A DNA stretch of 64,000 nt, taken from the NCBI GenBank assembly GCA_964106915.2, contig OZ066914.1; one strand, written 5' to 3'. Position 1 is the first letter of the stretch; each line of letters begins with the position of its first letter. The translations under genes were made by a program, and so were the position numbers. The notes under the pieces are model-generated. The model searched no databases, had not been told where the DNA came from, and was given only the letters and a program-made list of their open reading frames with translations. Shown piece after piece: positions 1 through 13,810 of the stretch. This stretch comes from Podarcis gaigeae. Taxonomy: Eukaryota.

Positions 1-148
1 TACTCTAATGTTCTAAATCCTGGAATGTTTCTTGTGGCCTGTGCCCATTGCTGGAGATCGGATGCTGCCTTCGCCGTTTCTCTGCAGCAATAACAAACCA
101 TGAGAGACCCCTTTTTGTCTTCTTGGGGACAGAAGGGCTTTTGATTAC

Positions 149-242
149 CTCAAAAAGTTCCCTGATGACTTGATCAAGTCCACCATTTGCTTATGAGCAA
201 GTCCTTCGATGCTCGTTCCATTGATGTTGGTCAAAATATAAC
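149..242 (-). CDS. CYTIP: CYTIP coding exon 5 (PDZ C-terminal part: [32 protein letters not shown])
   Basis: Manual minus-strand translation resembles human [31 protein letters not shown]; cacag|GT acceptor, AG|gtaatc donor; 94 nt; phase fits exon 4. Later exons lie beyond the left edge. Confidence 0.93.
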
Positions 243-415
243 CTGTGATAATTCAAAAACGGATATAATTAGAAACTGTGTATTCATTGTTCCCTCTGTA
301 TCCTAAACAAAAGCAAATGGGAGAAGCAATAAACCAGGAGTGGGAAACCTCAGGCCCAAGGTTTGACTGTGGCTGTCCACACATCCATGTCCAGGCCTCA
401 AGACTCTGTCCAGGC

Positions 416-574
416 CAGAGGTGCCAACTTGAATAAAATATGGGGGGGGCAGGTAAGCCCTGCCACACATAATCGATCACATGATGCAGTGCATGCACAC
501 CATTTGAACGGCAATGCCCATCAACTTTGGAGGGGGGGTAAAGACCCCTCTGCCCCTAGAGGTTGGCTCCTATG
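416..574. mobile_element. hAT-type MITE in CYTIP intron 4
   Basis: 8-bp TSD GTCCAGGC (408-415, 575-582); imperfect TIRs CAGAGGTGCCAAC / GTTGGCTCCTATG. Confidence 0.8.
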
Positions 575-864
575 GTCCAGGCCAAACTGCTCACTGACTT
601 CACTCTGTGCCATCTTGTAGTGATTTTATCTGACTAGAATGCATCCTTGAATTCTGGTGCCTCTTGCTTACCTGCATGGCGAGAGGGGGGGGGTGTCTGT
701 GGTGTCTGTGTCTACGTTCCCCCCACACACACACACACACTACTGGTGTGTGGCCCCTGGAAAGTTGCCTGTGAGGAAGTGTGGTCCTCAGGCTGAATAT
801 TTTCCCCATCCCCACAGCGAACTTTGTTTGGGTGAATTTTAGGGTGGGGGAAAAGGCTAGTTAC

Positions 865-967
865 CACTTTGGAGTCCGGCAAGAGAGGCGGCGCTTCCTT
901 CTTTAACTTTGCAGATGTACGTGCAAGTTTCGAAGGAGTGGCTGATGTGGCGCTGCAATCGAAGGGT
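865..967 (-). CDS. CYTIP: CYTIP coding exon 4 (TLRLQRHISHSFETCTYICKVKEGSAASLAGLQSG)
   Basis: Resembles human ...[20 protein letters not shown]; ttcacag|ACC acceptor, G|gtaact donor; 103 nt, phase 0 to 1. Confidence 0.92.
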
Positions 968-2533
968 CTGTGAACAGAAACACAGCGTTGGGAACAGGAA
1001 AAGGTTTATCTTGCGGCTTGAAACTGGCTTACGTACCCATCAAACTGCATCCTCCCACCCATTCACTCTCCCACGCAACACTGAAACAAATGCTTCCTCT
1101 TTCTAAAAGATAAATAGTAGAGGGGAGGAACTAACAGGAACAAACATTGTTCCCACCCAACAACAAGGCTGTCCTTCTCCTTCCCAGACATTTAAAGAAG
1201 ATCAGGAAGAAATTGCTCATATGGCACCACAAAAGAAAGTATGTGTCCAAGGCCCTGGTGTGTTACACAGCTGTAAGACAGTCTGACAGTAGGTGTGTAT
1301 AATAATTCAACAAGCACCTAGCAGAACAGGGGGACAATTTTTTCATTATTATCATTATTTATTAAATTTGTGTACCACCCTATACCTGTAAATCTCGGGG
1401 CGGTTCACAACATAAAATTACAATATCAAGGATCTGGTCAGAGGCAAAGCAATGTTTCTTAGGTTTCCTGCCTGGGCATAGCTATTGGCTGCAACTAACA
1501 AAGTGAAGGGTATGTGAAGCAAAACTAAAGTAACTGTTTTGGCCCTAATCAGGTCCTGTCAAAATGACTAAATAGTGTCCCCTCCCAAGGTTAGCTCAAG
1601 CCATTTTGCTGCCTGAGGCAGAGCAGCAAATGCTGCCGACACGGCCAACCAAGTGGTTTTGGCACCTCAAGCAGGAAATCTCACAAGCATCTCTGCCCCT
1701 CCCTGGAAATAAAAATAGAACAGTAACAATTTGCTGTCCTTTCATGACACCCCAAATCAGCTGCCTGATATGCCTAATGGCAGGGCTGGCCCTGCAACAC
1801 CACCTCCCCTCTCCAATGGTTAAATGCCCACAACAGATATTCCTCACAATATAGCACTGGAAAAGGAAGTGAAGGGAAAGGAAGAAGAGGAGCTCAGACG
1901 CCTCAGGGGCCTCTTTCATTCGTCTCTGAGGCATTCGGTACTGTGAGATCTTCTGAGCTCTCACAGAAAGCCCGACCCACCTCCTTATGCATGGTTGTTG
2001 CTGTTGTTACAGCTGTTGTTGCTGTTACAGCTGTAACAACTGTTACAGCTGTTGTTGCTGTAACAGTTATATCCCAAGTTTCTTCCAATGGGAGTCAAGG
2101 TGGTACACACGGCTCTTCACTGCCCCCATTTTATCCTCAACAACAACCCAGTGAGGTAGAGTAGACTGAGTAGAGTAGCTTTCTGACTATTTCAACCCTT
2201 CTCTTCCAGGTCCTAATTCAGCATTCTAACCAGTAGGCCACACTGGGTCTTTCATAGTTATGAAATGCTGGCTTAGCATGGAATAAAGACCTCTCCATTC
2301 CAGTCAACATGGGGTAACAACCATGAGGAGCAGTTTAGCACCCCGTGAAACATTCTCTTTCTGTGAAGAAGCACTTCTGTTTTGTTTGTTTGCATTTTTG
2401 TCCCCTCCTTCCTCTAAGCAGGATACATGGTTCTTCCCATTATATCCTCACAACAATTTTGTGTGGAAGGTTTGGCTGAGGAAAAAAAGCCAGGACCAGC
2501 TCCAGGTTTGAGAGAGCCAAGTATCCCATAATG

Positions 2534-2576
<43 letters not shown>

Positions 2577-2686
2577 GCTTACATGGATGGGTGTGCTTGG
2601 GCTAACCTGATAACGGCAGCAGCACTCCAGAATGGTTTGAGAGCTCCCATTTTAATTTCCCTGCATTCATATTGTTAAAGGCTCAC

Positions 2687-2741
2687 CTGAATTTCAAATC
2701 CAAATGTTTCATTGTCTTCTTTGAAGATTTTAAGTGACTTT
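2687..2741 (-). CDS. CYTIP: CYTIP coding exon 3 (RKSLKIFKEDNETFGFEIQ; PDZ carboxylate-binding loop)
   Basis: DNETFGFEIQ matches the CYTIP motif; tgcag|A acceptor, CAG|gtgagc donor; 55 nt. Confidence 0.95.
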
Positions 2742-4013
2742 CTGCATTGAGAGAGAGAGATACACAGATACACATAAAGTCAATAACCCATTGGAAGGGA
2801 ATAACGTGTTTAAGGCTTAATTTAGAATAAATGTGCTGTTCATCATAAGCATCAGTAGTTCTTAACAAGTGCTTTGCAATGAAAAATCTAAAATCTCCCC
2901 ACATCTCCAAAGATCATGTGGACAGGATTTTTTACAGGACATACATTATTGTACACATCACCAAACTGTCACTGTGAGAATGTGGATCGACTGGATGTGT
3001 GCAAAGCTGAGCATACAAGGAAGCAATCGTGCATTGCCTCTCATCTCCTGCAGCCAAGGATACTTGAGGAATTCATCTTCTGACCAGATCTGCACATCCC
3101 AGATTTAACAAGCAGAACTGTACACAGTTATGCTTCAGATTTCACACTTCCCTGAATTCTGTGATGCAATTTTCAGCTTCAAAAAAGATGAAGTACTGAA
3201 ATGCATATAAAAATGTTTAGGGTAAAATACATTTTAAAAGGGGGAAATACATTCAAAAATACAAATTTTCATGAAGATTTTTTTTTTAAGTAGCAAAAAT
3301 GGGAATGAATGGACTTCTGCATAAACACATCTGAGAGTGACATAGATGAGAAACAGACTCATCCATTCATCCTTCCTCCCAGCTTACCTCCATGTTTTCC
3401 AGCATGGCATCATTTCAACCCACTTTTGAGTTCTGTGCTGGGCATATAGTGAAATGACCACCTAATTGCTTCACCCTTCACAATACTATATGCATGAATC
3501 CTTTCTGTCCCTATATTTGGCCTCCCATTTTGATTGTATGGTCTGGGCCACTGAGTGAAAGGAACGCATCACATATAAAGTGATGCCCCAGTTCCTCTGC
3601 ACTCTGGCCTTCCGTCTACCCAATTGGTAGCACAGGGGAAATGACCAGCCGTGTACTGTATTGGCGAAATGATTTCAAATCATTCTCAATATCATCGTCG
3701 TCAAAAGAAAGTATATACCAACTTTCATTTCCAGAAGAAATACGAAGGTAGTTAACTCTCTAATGATACTCTGCCACACTGCAATATGTAATGGTGGTTG
3801 CATTAGCTACTGGGTTTAGGGATGGGCTGTGGGTATGCATTGCTCAGTCTTTCCACAACTCTCCAGCCCACAGATTTCATTGTAGTTATTTGTTTTTCAC
3901 ACTTTCATCTTCCTCTTTCAGTATCTGCCTTGGGCCTCCACACACAATTGTCACATTTCTAGTAGCAGTGTAATGAACTAATATTTAGAGAGAGAAAGCA
4001 ATGCCTTTATTAC

Positions 4014-4063
4014 CTTCGAGGGCCAACAGAGTCACCTGAAGAGATTGTCCTACTTAAAGCAAG
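4014..4063 (-). CDS. CYTIP: CYTIP coding exon 2 (LALSRTISSGDSVGPRR)
   Basis: Resembles human LALTRSSSLSDFSWSQR; ctctcttctccttccag|CTT acceptor, AG|gtaata donor; 50 nt, phase 0 to 2. Confidence 0.9.
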
Positions 4064-4864
4064 CTGGAAGGAGAAGAGAGAAGGGAGGGCGTTGCATTAG
4101 AAATTCATTTGTGTCTAGAAAACAAAATGCTAGATGAAAGCTTTACATATGCAAAACTGCCAGTGAGAATTACGATCGTATAAGGTCCACCTGGTCCAGG
4201 GTCCTTTGAACAGGGCCAAGCAGGTGACTCTGAAAGTTCAAAATCAGGGCATGATGAAGACGGTTACGCCCTCTTGATTTTCCCCAGCTTAGGAACACAG
4301 AAATGTTAAAAATGGCCCTCCTGGATCAAAGGCCCATCTGCATTCTAAACCCGACAGTGGTCAACCAGCTATTTCCAGGAATCCCTCAAGTGGGGCAAAA
4401 AGGAAAAATTCCTTCTCTCCTGGTTGCTCACCAGCAGGGTGGTGTTGGGTGGCATCCTGACTCTGGTTCAAGCACATATCATGGCTACTAGCTGTTGATA
4501 AAGGCATCTCTCCAAAGAGTGCTGGCCCTACCATTAGGCAGAGTGAAGCTGCTGCCCCAGACAACTGATTTTGGATGTCATAAAAGTGAATAAATTGTAA
4601 GTCATGGGTTGCCTTTCAGTTGTGACTCTTCACTAACAGAAGTGGCTGTGCTTGCTCAAGGCAGGGCACTGGATTTTCAAAGAGTCCTCCTACCCAGTAC
4701 AGCTCTTCCTTTTTTGCAGTATCTGCTTCTGAAGAATAGTGGACCCTCTGAAACAGAATGGGGTATGCCATAGAGGGTGCTATTGGTAGAAGGGATCAAG
4801 GGAAAATGGGGTGTCTCGTCTTGTGCTAGTGAAAGTGCATCGCTAGGGCAAAGCACCATTTGAT

Positions 4865-4904
<40 letters not shown>

Positions 4905-5771
4905 CCCGTTTACTTCCAGGGAAGGGGGAAAGGAGCTTATGGGATTTTCTTCCTCAGGTGCCAAAATAACTTGACTGGCTTTGGGTACTGTGCCAAAATA
5001 CCTAGGGCCAGCCCTGACTCAGAGGCACCAGCAACCCAGTCATCACCATTGCCTGAAGTGAAACGATTTACACTTGTGGGAACAAATTTCAGCTCCCAAA
5101 AGTGGAAAGCAAGTGCCTCTCTTGATTAAAAATATAATCCATCTCAGCACATTTGTCAACTGAGAGCAGTCCCAGGTATGGCACATCTTAGTCAATTTAG
5201 CAAGCAGCCAAGGAACTTATTGACAGAGGGGGCTTGAACGATGAATTGATCTTGGGCCCAAAGCCCATGCCTGTGGTTTCTTTCAAGATTTAACCACAGC
5301 ACAAGCAAGCACTTCAGACCATGCCTGGCCACAATCCCTTAGAATCAACTGGGATTGCCTGTGCCAATCCTAGTTCATGCTTCTGTGCCCAGGGCCTGAG
5401 AAGGAAACCACATGGCAGCCTCCTTACAAAGTCATCCTTCTTTCCTAATATAAGTATTCAAGTTGTTTTGGCATCCGAGGAAGAAAATCTTACAAGCACC
5501 TCTCCCACAGAATAGAATTAAAAAGATAACCCTTTTTTCCCCAGTCGCAAAGCTCCAAATCAGCTGGCTGAGCCTCTGAGGCAGCTGCCTCCCCCTGCAG
5601 ACCAGCCCTAAAACAGTAGCCTAAGACATGGAAATTGAACAGGTGTCGATTTCTGTGGCATAGAGATAAATAGTGGGAAAGCCTCACCTGCTAAATTTCT
5701 GTGATTCAGGTGGATAATATATCCACAGCATCTAGGACTGTTAAAAGATTGCAACTGTAAAAGCAATAGAC

Positions 5772-5907
5772 CAGGCACCCCCAAACTCAGCCCTCCAGCT
5801 GTTTTGGGACTACAACTCCCATCATCCCTAGCTAACAGGACCAGTGGTCAGGGATGATGGGGATTGTAGTCCCAAAACAGCTGGCGGGCTGAGTTTGGGG
5901 ATGCCTG
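5772..5907. mobile_element. Palindromic hAT (Charlie-like) MITE
   Basis: 8-bp TSD CAATAGAC; near-complete fold-back with GGACTACAACTCCCATCATCCC core; ends CAGGCACCCCCAAACT / AGTTTGGGGATGCCTG. Confidence 0.88.
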
Positions 5908-6368
5908 CAATAGACACTTCAGGGCTGGCCCAAGACATTTTGGCACCTGAGGCGAACCACAAAATGGTGCTCTCCTCACCACCAGGGAAGAATGGGTGAA
6001 TGAAGGTCTACATCAGGAACGGGGTGGGGGTGATAAAGATCACACCTTGCCTCATGTGTGGACCAGCCCTGAATCTACCCAACAAGTCGTCTGCATTGTT
6101 ATTTCCCATTAGCCCAACTTGGAAATGAATGAACAAGAGCAGCAACAGAAATGTGAAGCATAAGAAAGACATATCCCAAAAAATTCTGTGGTGTGCTGAA
6201 GGCAACCCTCTTTATCCTTGATACCTCTGATAGATATATTTCCCACCCCATTCTCTTGACTGTAACTTGGTTTAACTGGTTTTAAAACTCTTTTGAACAC
6301 TTAACTGCTTTTAACTCTCTTTTTAAATTGTTGTAACCCACCCTCATGGTGAAATCTGGGTAAGAAGA

Positions 6369-6369
<1 letters not shown>

Positions 6370-6412
<43 letters not shown>
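6370..6412. repeat. (TAA)n microsatellite just downstream of the CYTIP exon 1 donor
   Basis: Direct reading. Confidence 0.95.
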
Positions 6413-6413
<1 letters not shown>

Positions 6414-6418
6414 CATAC

Positions 6419-6577
6419 CTGCTTGTAGTCCCTAGACAACGTGTCTATTGAATTTGTGAATGCCTGGCTTCTTTTGTTGTCCAGTGGTGGGTTACCTATG
6501 GGGTCCAAGTACGGGGTGTAAACTGAGCCCACACAGTTGGCGTTGCGATTCTGCTGAATGAGCCTCTTTAAGGACAT
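6419..6577 (-). CDS. CYTIP: CYTIP coding exon 1 (MSLKRLIQQNRNANCVGSVYTPY...TLSRDYKQ), cytohesin-interacting protein
   Basis: ORF 6344..6577 N-terminus resembles human MSLQRLLQHSSN...ATLPRGRKQ; CAG|gtatgg donor at 6419/6418; syntenic with ACVR1C. Confidence 0.92.
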
Positions 6578-6584
6578 CTTGAAT

Positions 6585-6730
6585 TCAACTGGAAGTCATT
6601 CACAGGCTAGCATTGCTTAAGGAACCTTGCGCGACTGAGGAAGGAAGCAAAAGTAGCAAACACACGAACAGGGTGGAGGGGGAGAGAACAAGGCCATGTG
6701 ACTTGTGGTTTAGGTGCAGTTTACATAAAT
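6585..6730 (-). promoter_or_regulatory. Candidate CYTIP proximal promoter / 5'UTR with ETS, RUNX and M-box-like motifs
   Basis: GGAAGT (6591-6596), GAGGAAGGAAGC (6637-6648), CATGTGAC (6695-6702) and TGTGGTTT (6704-6711) directly upstream of the ATG; motif matches only. Confidence 0.45.
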
Positions 6731-7912
6731 CTCTTCTCACAGATCAGTCAGTGTTACTCAATGTTTCTTTTTAAGCTTACAAGAGTTTGTCCCTGCAATT
6801 AAAGCAATCTGCTTATTCCCTCCCCACACTATCAACCCCCAACCCTCCCGTCCAGAAACACACACTGCTTGGATGCAAACAGAAGCAACTCTTTATCGTG
6901 CAGTTTCTGTGCCCCCTTGATAGTTTGTGTCTAAAACACCATCTGGCTTTAAATGTCCTTGGAGTTGATGAGTTTGCTGCATTCTCAGGCTTGTTTAGGT
7001 TTTGGTTTTTAAATCCCCATTTCCCATGGAACAGGACAGATTAATAAGATTTTTGTTAATATAAATAGATTAAAACCATAACTTACATGTAAAGCAGTAA
7101 TTCTTCAAGTAGTGGCGGCAGGAGGCCTTACCCAGGGATGTGTTATAGAGTTATAGAGATTGAGGGCCACATTCTGCTCTGCACAGCTTTCAGAGGGCCA
7201 CATGCCAAAGATGAATGAAGCCAGAGGCAAAAGTGGGAGGAGCAACAAAAGGACGTTTCACCTTTCCTCAGTAGGCTAGTGCTTTTTACGTATCCTCAGC
7301 ACACTCCTCTTTCCAGGCAAACACAGGCACAGAGCAGGGGCGGATTTTAGGGCAGTACGACTGGTTCAACCGCACTGGGTGCCGAGTCAAGAGGGTGCTG
7401 CAACAGTGACTTGGAGCAGAAGGCGCAAGAGGCCAGGGGTGCCAAATTTTGGTGTCACACAGAACGCCCACCGGAATCTGAAAGCTCAAAGGCCACCACT
7501 GAGTGCAAGGATATATTCCAGTCTGGCAGAAGCACTCAAGGGGGGTGCAGATCAGTGCCAGTGAGGGGTGTGGTGCTAGACCAGTGATGTCCAACCCTGG
7601 ACCACGATTGATAGGTAGATCACCCTGGTGCTCCTGGTCAATCGCGACACACCCCTCTCTGCCCCCTGCGCTATGTCCCATTGCTGTCACCAGTGAAGGG
7701 GGGTAAGCTGAATAACTCTTGCCCCAGTCGCTAAAAGAAACTCAAGAACTCTTGTCATCCCCTCCTAAAAACAGCTCAACAACTATGGTCGATGACAATG
7801 GGTAGATCAGTGCCAGTTTTATTATACTGGGAGTAGATTGCAGTCGCTAGAGAGTTGGGCGCTAGAACCATCCTGAGGTCTAGACAGAGAGCTGCATTTG
7901 GCCTCCAGGCCT

Positions 7913-7952
<40 letters not shown>

Positions 7953-10900
7953 ACACACACACACACACAACCCATATGACTGTCTGGTGTGTACCCATCC
8001 TTAGTGTAACCTGTGAAATGGACCTTTATCTCACAGCTGTATAGGGTCAATCTGATAGCTGTGCAGGATTGTCATTGTTGAATCACAGTGCTTCATTATA
8101 TGCAAATGGACCCGGGGATGGGAATTAATCTTTAACACAGTTGTTTTTATCTGCTGCAACCTGAATGCATGGATATGTGCTTCTCATTTACTTCAACTTC
8201 CTGAATTCCAAAAGACTATAGGCAAGACAACCTACATAGCAACTGTCCAGTCCATCATGCTTGTCTTTCTCTGAGGATTTCTGAGGACTATATTTTGGGA
8301 TGCAAACATGTAGATGAAGTTGAATTTGTGAGTCAAGCTTATCATCACCCTTCTTCCAATTAACTAGCGATGTTCCCAAAACTCACATTTGGATGCATGA
8401 ATCTCAGTGGTTTGTAATGGTCACCTCAAATACAAGACACACGTTACAGACCTAAAAGTTTAGCTATTCTCCATTTCAGAGTTTGATTCCTCCCTCTTTG
8501 TAATACTAGTGCAACCATACTCCACACAGTTCACATATTTGAAGTAAATGTGCTAGATAATAGAGTGATCATATTTTCCCAGTGACAGACTAGCTGTTTC
8601 TGCTTGGGAAGTGAGAAAATATGATATCCCCCTGAACATAAGCTTGAAGGATGACATCTGCATTACCCACAACTACTGTGAAACATGCAGTTTTATTGCA
8701 GGAAGAACCATTATCTGTGGAAGTCCCCTGAAATGTTGAGAAACTGGGGTTGGCACAACCCTTTAAAAAAGAACTTCAACTTAATCTGATTTCTTAGCTC
8801 ATTTAAATCATCTTTAACCAAAACTCGGTGCTTTTTTGCTTCTTGTTCCCCACTCTTCTTTGGTTTCCTGTATATACATTTGCAAGAGAAAGATGGGTTT
8901 CATTTGCTATCTTGTTTCCTGTAAAGGGTGAATAATGTCTGGCCTTCAAGATGAGTGTGGTCAGACACCCTTCAGAATACTCTTTTGCAGTAGTGCACCT
9001 GCATATTCTTTGAGCTGTGCTTTAAGGCTGGTGAGATAACATTTGCACAGAGAACTTCCAACTAATTTCAACACTTTTATCAGTGTAACATTTCTTCTGA
9101 ATCATAGTTTTCAGGAGAAACTATCTCTTTGTCAGTTGCATCATGTCACTAAACTTGATCTAGGAACAACAGCAAGATAACTGTGCAAAGACAATTGAGA
9201 AGGGAAAGAGCCTGGCTGCAGATGGGAGGCCCATTCATTCTGTGTCCAAAGTTGCCATTATTTCCTTACCTCCCATAAACCTAGGCCCTCTAAATGTCCC
9301 TATTTTCCAGGGACGTCTCTGATTTAGAGAAACCGTCCCGGTTTCTGTTTTGATCCCAAAATGTCCTGCTTTTCCTTAGGATGTCCCTATTTTCATTGAA
9401 GAACTGTAGGAGGGTAGGGAGTTATCCAACCCCCAAGCCGTCTGTACAAGGCAATCCTGTATAGGGAGTTCTGTTATGTTTTTATATATGAGTAGGGAGT
9501 TCTGTTATGTTTTTATATATGTTGGAAGCTGCCCAGAGTGGTTGGGGCAACCCAGTCAGATGGGTGGGGTATAAATAGTAAAATTACCCCTATGTAATGG
9601 GTCGTCTCTATTTTCATCAGAGAAATGTTGGAGGGTATGTAAACCAGTCAATGGAAGTGATGAAGCTAACTAGATCAAATGGTTTTGCTAACCACCCCTC
9701 CTTTTTTTAAAACGGGCTCCACCATGGCTCCGCTTGATTTATTTGCATTTTTAAAGTAAAATTGTTAAAACTACTCCACAGACATGGAGCGGGAAGGGGA
9801 GAAGAGACGTGTAGCTTGTCCACTGCTTATATCATGGGCACTCTTCAGTAGGTGCTCATAACTGCTCAGTGCTCATAGATTGCCATGGTAGTGGACATCA
9901 CCCTAATGGAAACTAAAGACCTTCCTCCAAACACCATTCTTTTGAATTGTTTGAAATCACGGGCCAACCATTCACATCTGCCTGGAAAAATGATACAGCA
10001 GCTGTTGGCCAAGGTATCTACACTCATTTTTATTTGTTTTCCCTTTCAACTCTGATCATAATGCAGGTTGCAAAGCCTGCTTCACCGGAAATGAGACTGC
10101 AACAAAAGAAACGAATGTCCACCATGATCGATGGCATTTCTATCTTGCCACTTTGGGCTCTCTTAAAGACTATAGCCTGTCTTCATTTATTTATTGAATT
10201 TGTAGACTGGCCTTCATCGGTAGATCTTGGGGTTGTCTTCTACCTCCAGCGGTTTGGTACTGATACATGAATCACAGCCCAGCAGGAAAAGGTGGGAGGC
10301 AAGAATTGCAGTAAAGCAAACCCCATCCCAAGCTGGGTCATTTCAAGAACCCAGGGAAGTTTAGCTTCATTGTAGAGCTTTCTATCTGCTCAGCTGCATT
10401 GCACACATTTGTTTTTCCTTGCCAGCACACGTCTTCATTCTCCACCACCACCACCACCACAGGCCTAACAAGCCAAGGATGCTCAACTCTCACACATCCA
10501 CCTCACTCTCCATCAATTCCCCTCTCTTTTGTTCCATTTCCTACCCCCCTGCCTTGATTCCATTCCCTTTTATTTTTCTTCCATCCCGCTATGTTATTTA
10601 TAGCTCAGGGCTAAGGACATGTCTCGCAGCCTGGCAAATCAATCACTGTAGCAAAGCAAAGATCAATGAACAGATGGAACTGGCTTGAAAGCTACCTGGC
10701 TGTTTGCAGTTGGAAAGAGGCTATAAGTAAGCTGCAAGCAACCTTTTTATTATTTATTTAAAAGGTGGTGGGGAAATCCAGTTCCATGTAAGCTCTAACT
10801 TTCACCCCAACCCTACCCCACTTTATCTGAGGGCTGCCTTTCAAAAACAAATTTAGTCAGTCTCTCTCTCTCTCTTAATAGAAATTAATCAGGCAGTTTC

Positions 10901-12769
10901 TCAGAAACATTAAATTTATTAGGAGTAGTTTGAACCACTCTCTATTACCCCTATTACTAGGTGCATGTGATCATAGTTGGGGGGGGGGGAGAAACACAGC
11001 AGTTATTGTAGGATAAAAGTGAACCATCTGCTTGTCACTGCTTGTTTTCTGCTGAACACAAACTAGGTGGTTCCTCTAGGAATAGCATCATCTCATCACT
11101 TGCTTAAGTGATATGACTAATGTCTCCAGTGACACTCTTCCTCTTTTCTTCCTTTATTTATGCATTGCTTTGTTGTGTGTTGCCAAAAACAATAAACGTG
11201 CATCCCTATGTCTTAAATATTATATGGGCCTCCCACCTTTTTTCTTTTCTTTTGGAAACAAAACAAAACAGGAGAAAGCTACGCTTAAGAGGCACCACCA
11301 GCAAATAAATCTGCTTGCGAAGTCAAAAAGTTCTGTAGATAATAATTCTGCTTTAACACAACTAAGTTTTTTTAAAAGTTAACCAAACGTTAATGAATTG
11401 ATTTAGTTACTTATTAACTGCATTTATATAGCTGCTGCATGAGAGGAGTTTTCAAAAGGCAGAAAAACCAACAACAATTCATTAACAATGCAATTTAGAA
11501 CACCAAAAGCTTATCACAAATTAATCAAACTAAAACAAAATTTAAAACTGAAAGAAGCTGGGAAGAAACGATATTCTAGACAACTCTCAGGTGGCTTACA
11601 ATGTTACTGGAGTAACTGCAGAGCTCCCATACCACTAAGATAGCCTCCCCAGTCTGCTACCCTGCCACATGTTGTTGGACTACAACTCCCATCATTCCTG
11701 CCTGCTGGCCTTGCTGGCTGGGGTTGATGGGAGTTGTAGTCCATCAGCAGCTGGAGGGCACCATGTTTGGAAGGTCGCACTAAGGCAAGCATCCCCAAAC
11801 TCGGCCCTCCAGATGTTTTGGGACTACAACTCCCATCATCCTTAGCTAACAGAACCAGAGGTCAGGGATGATGGGAACTGTAGTCCCAGAAGCATATTCA
11901 TTTGGACATGGATGTTCCATTTAGCTGTCATGGCAAATAGCAATTAATGGACCTGCCCTGCATGAGTACTTTTTTAAAAGAAAAAAGAAAAGGCATTTCA
12001 GCTATAGTCCATCAGATCATGCAGTAGTGAAGCATGTTGGTTTACTGTGCACACTTCCTTTTTTTGCTGATCAATTTTACCAGATGACTTCAAATTCTGA
12101 GTTTGTTTATTTTGTAACATTTTAATGGCTCTTCTGCTGTTAAAAGGGGGGCACTCAGGGTACTCAAAGTGATGTACAAATCTATTTAAAAGAAGAAGCC
12201 CCCCAAAATAAAGACAGTAAAAATGGCAAAAGAATACATTCCATTTTGAAAAGAATAAACAAATTGTTAAAGTATTCAGCACATGAACTCTCCTGGCAGG
12301 GTGGCCTGCTTGCAAAGATGTTGTTGGACTCCCATCAGCCCTAACTAGCATGACCAATGGTCAAGGATGATGGGAGTTGTAGTCTAACAACCTATAGTGA
12401 GCCATATGTGAGCTACCCCTACAACAGAGCAGAAATAGTGTATACACTGAGGGAAAGAGAGTGGAAATTCTCCATATTTGCTGGACAGGGATTCAAAGCT
12501 TATTAAACTGTTTATTAAACCATGGCTTAGCATTATGTGCGAGCTGGGCCACTATGTGATGTTAGAAGCGTTGAGTTTTTTTGAACCCCATCACTCTGAA
12601 CTTGTTTGCACTGGATCTCACGTGCTATTCTACTGCCCACTCATTCAGTTTGGAGAACTTTTTAAAAAGTTCTACACATGCTCCCTGAAATGTCATCATA
12701 CTGAGTAAGTTGGTGTCATCTGCAGTCATGACTCTTTGTGAGCTCATGTGATAAAGCTGACTGCCCCAC

Positions 12770-12802
<33 letters not shown>

Positions 12803-13810
12803 TCTGGTTCACCAAAAAGGGAAGGGGTAGGGTGCACTCTGGTGCACTTACAGTCCATTATTTTAACCCTTGACGTATTCCCCAAACCTATTGCACAGGT
12901 GAACCATGATGCTGTTTGCACATCACACTCTGTTTCTTCTTTGGTGCCACCATTTGATGGCAACCACTGGTGTGCAAGCCAGCCAAGAAAGCCACTCAGT
13001 TGCTAGTCATCAGTGCCAGCCAAGCAGGTCAGCCCATTTCAAAAGTCTCTGACTCCAGCTTGTCATAATAAATTAAAACACCCCTGAATCCACAACTCAT
13101 TCTTGGAGACATTTGGTTGCATCCAATGTTGTGCAAGCAACATCCCACTCATGCAATGGGATTTCCCCTTCCTCTTATCTCCTCATGCACTCACAGAAAC
13201 TGCTCCAGAGGGTCTTCCAACCCATATTTTGATGGGACTGGGGGGGGGGGAGAGACACTGCAAGGAAGAGGAGAGGAGGGGGAAGTTCCATTGCAAAAGC
13301 AAATGTTTGCTGCACAGGGAGGTGTGCTTCTATGAAATCTGTAGCATTTATTGAGAACCACTGATTTTATTTTATTTTTAAAGTAAATATGACTTGCGTA
13401 TTTGTGAACTCATAGTGTACACCAGCTGTTGAATTTGATTTTTCTAGTTTGGAAATAGCAGCAAAGGGGTTTACTAGTGCAAATAATTTCCCGTTTAAAA
13501 CAGTCAATGTAAAATTAATGGCTTATATCTAAAGATTCCACATTGCAATTATGTTTCCCTTGTGCAAGCATGCAGTGGGAAAGTGCTGGCCTCACCCTTC
13601 CCCTTTACAGTCCCTGGTGCCTCTCAGCACATGCTTTGGAGATTCCCTATGGTAGTCAGCTTTCAGGGGATACGGGGACTGGCAAATGGGCAAAACTGGT
13701 GACAGCACCTGTGCTGTGGGAGAATTGGATAAATCCGCTGTACACAAAAGATAAACCTGCTTTGTGTATCCAGCTTAAAGTATATCGAACAAACTTCCCA
13801 TGCAACAATG

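Noticed and set aside
1990-2070. GTTGTTGCTGTTACAGCT-type repeats, superficially array-like
   Set aside because: Low-complexity tandem/inverted repeat without unique spacers; eukaryotic context; not CRISPR.
4677-5129. Poly-Q and poly-L ORFs
   Set aside because: Translations of a (CAA)n microsatellite inside CYTIP intron 1.
5680-5740. Strong minus-strand donor (CAG|GTGAGG) as a candidate CYTIP exon 2
   Set aside because: Upstream sequence does not encode CYTIP-like residues; the true exon 2 is 4014-4063.
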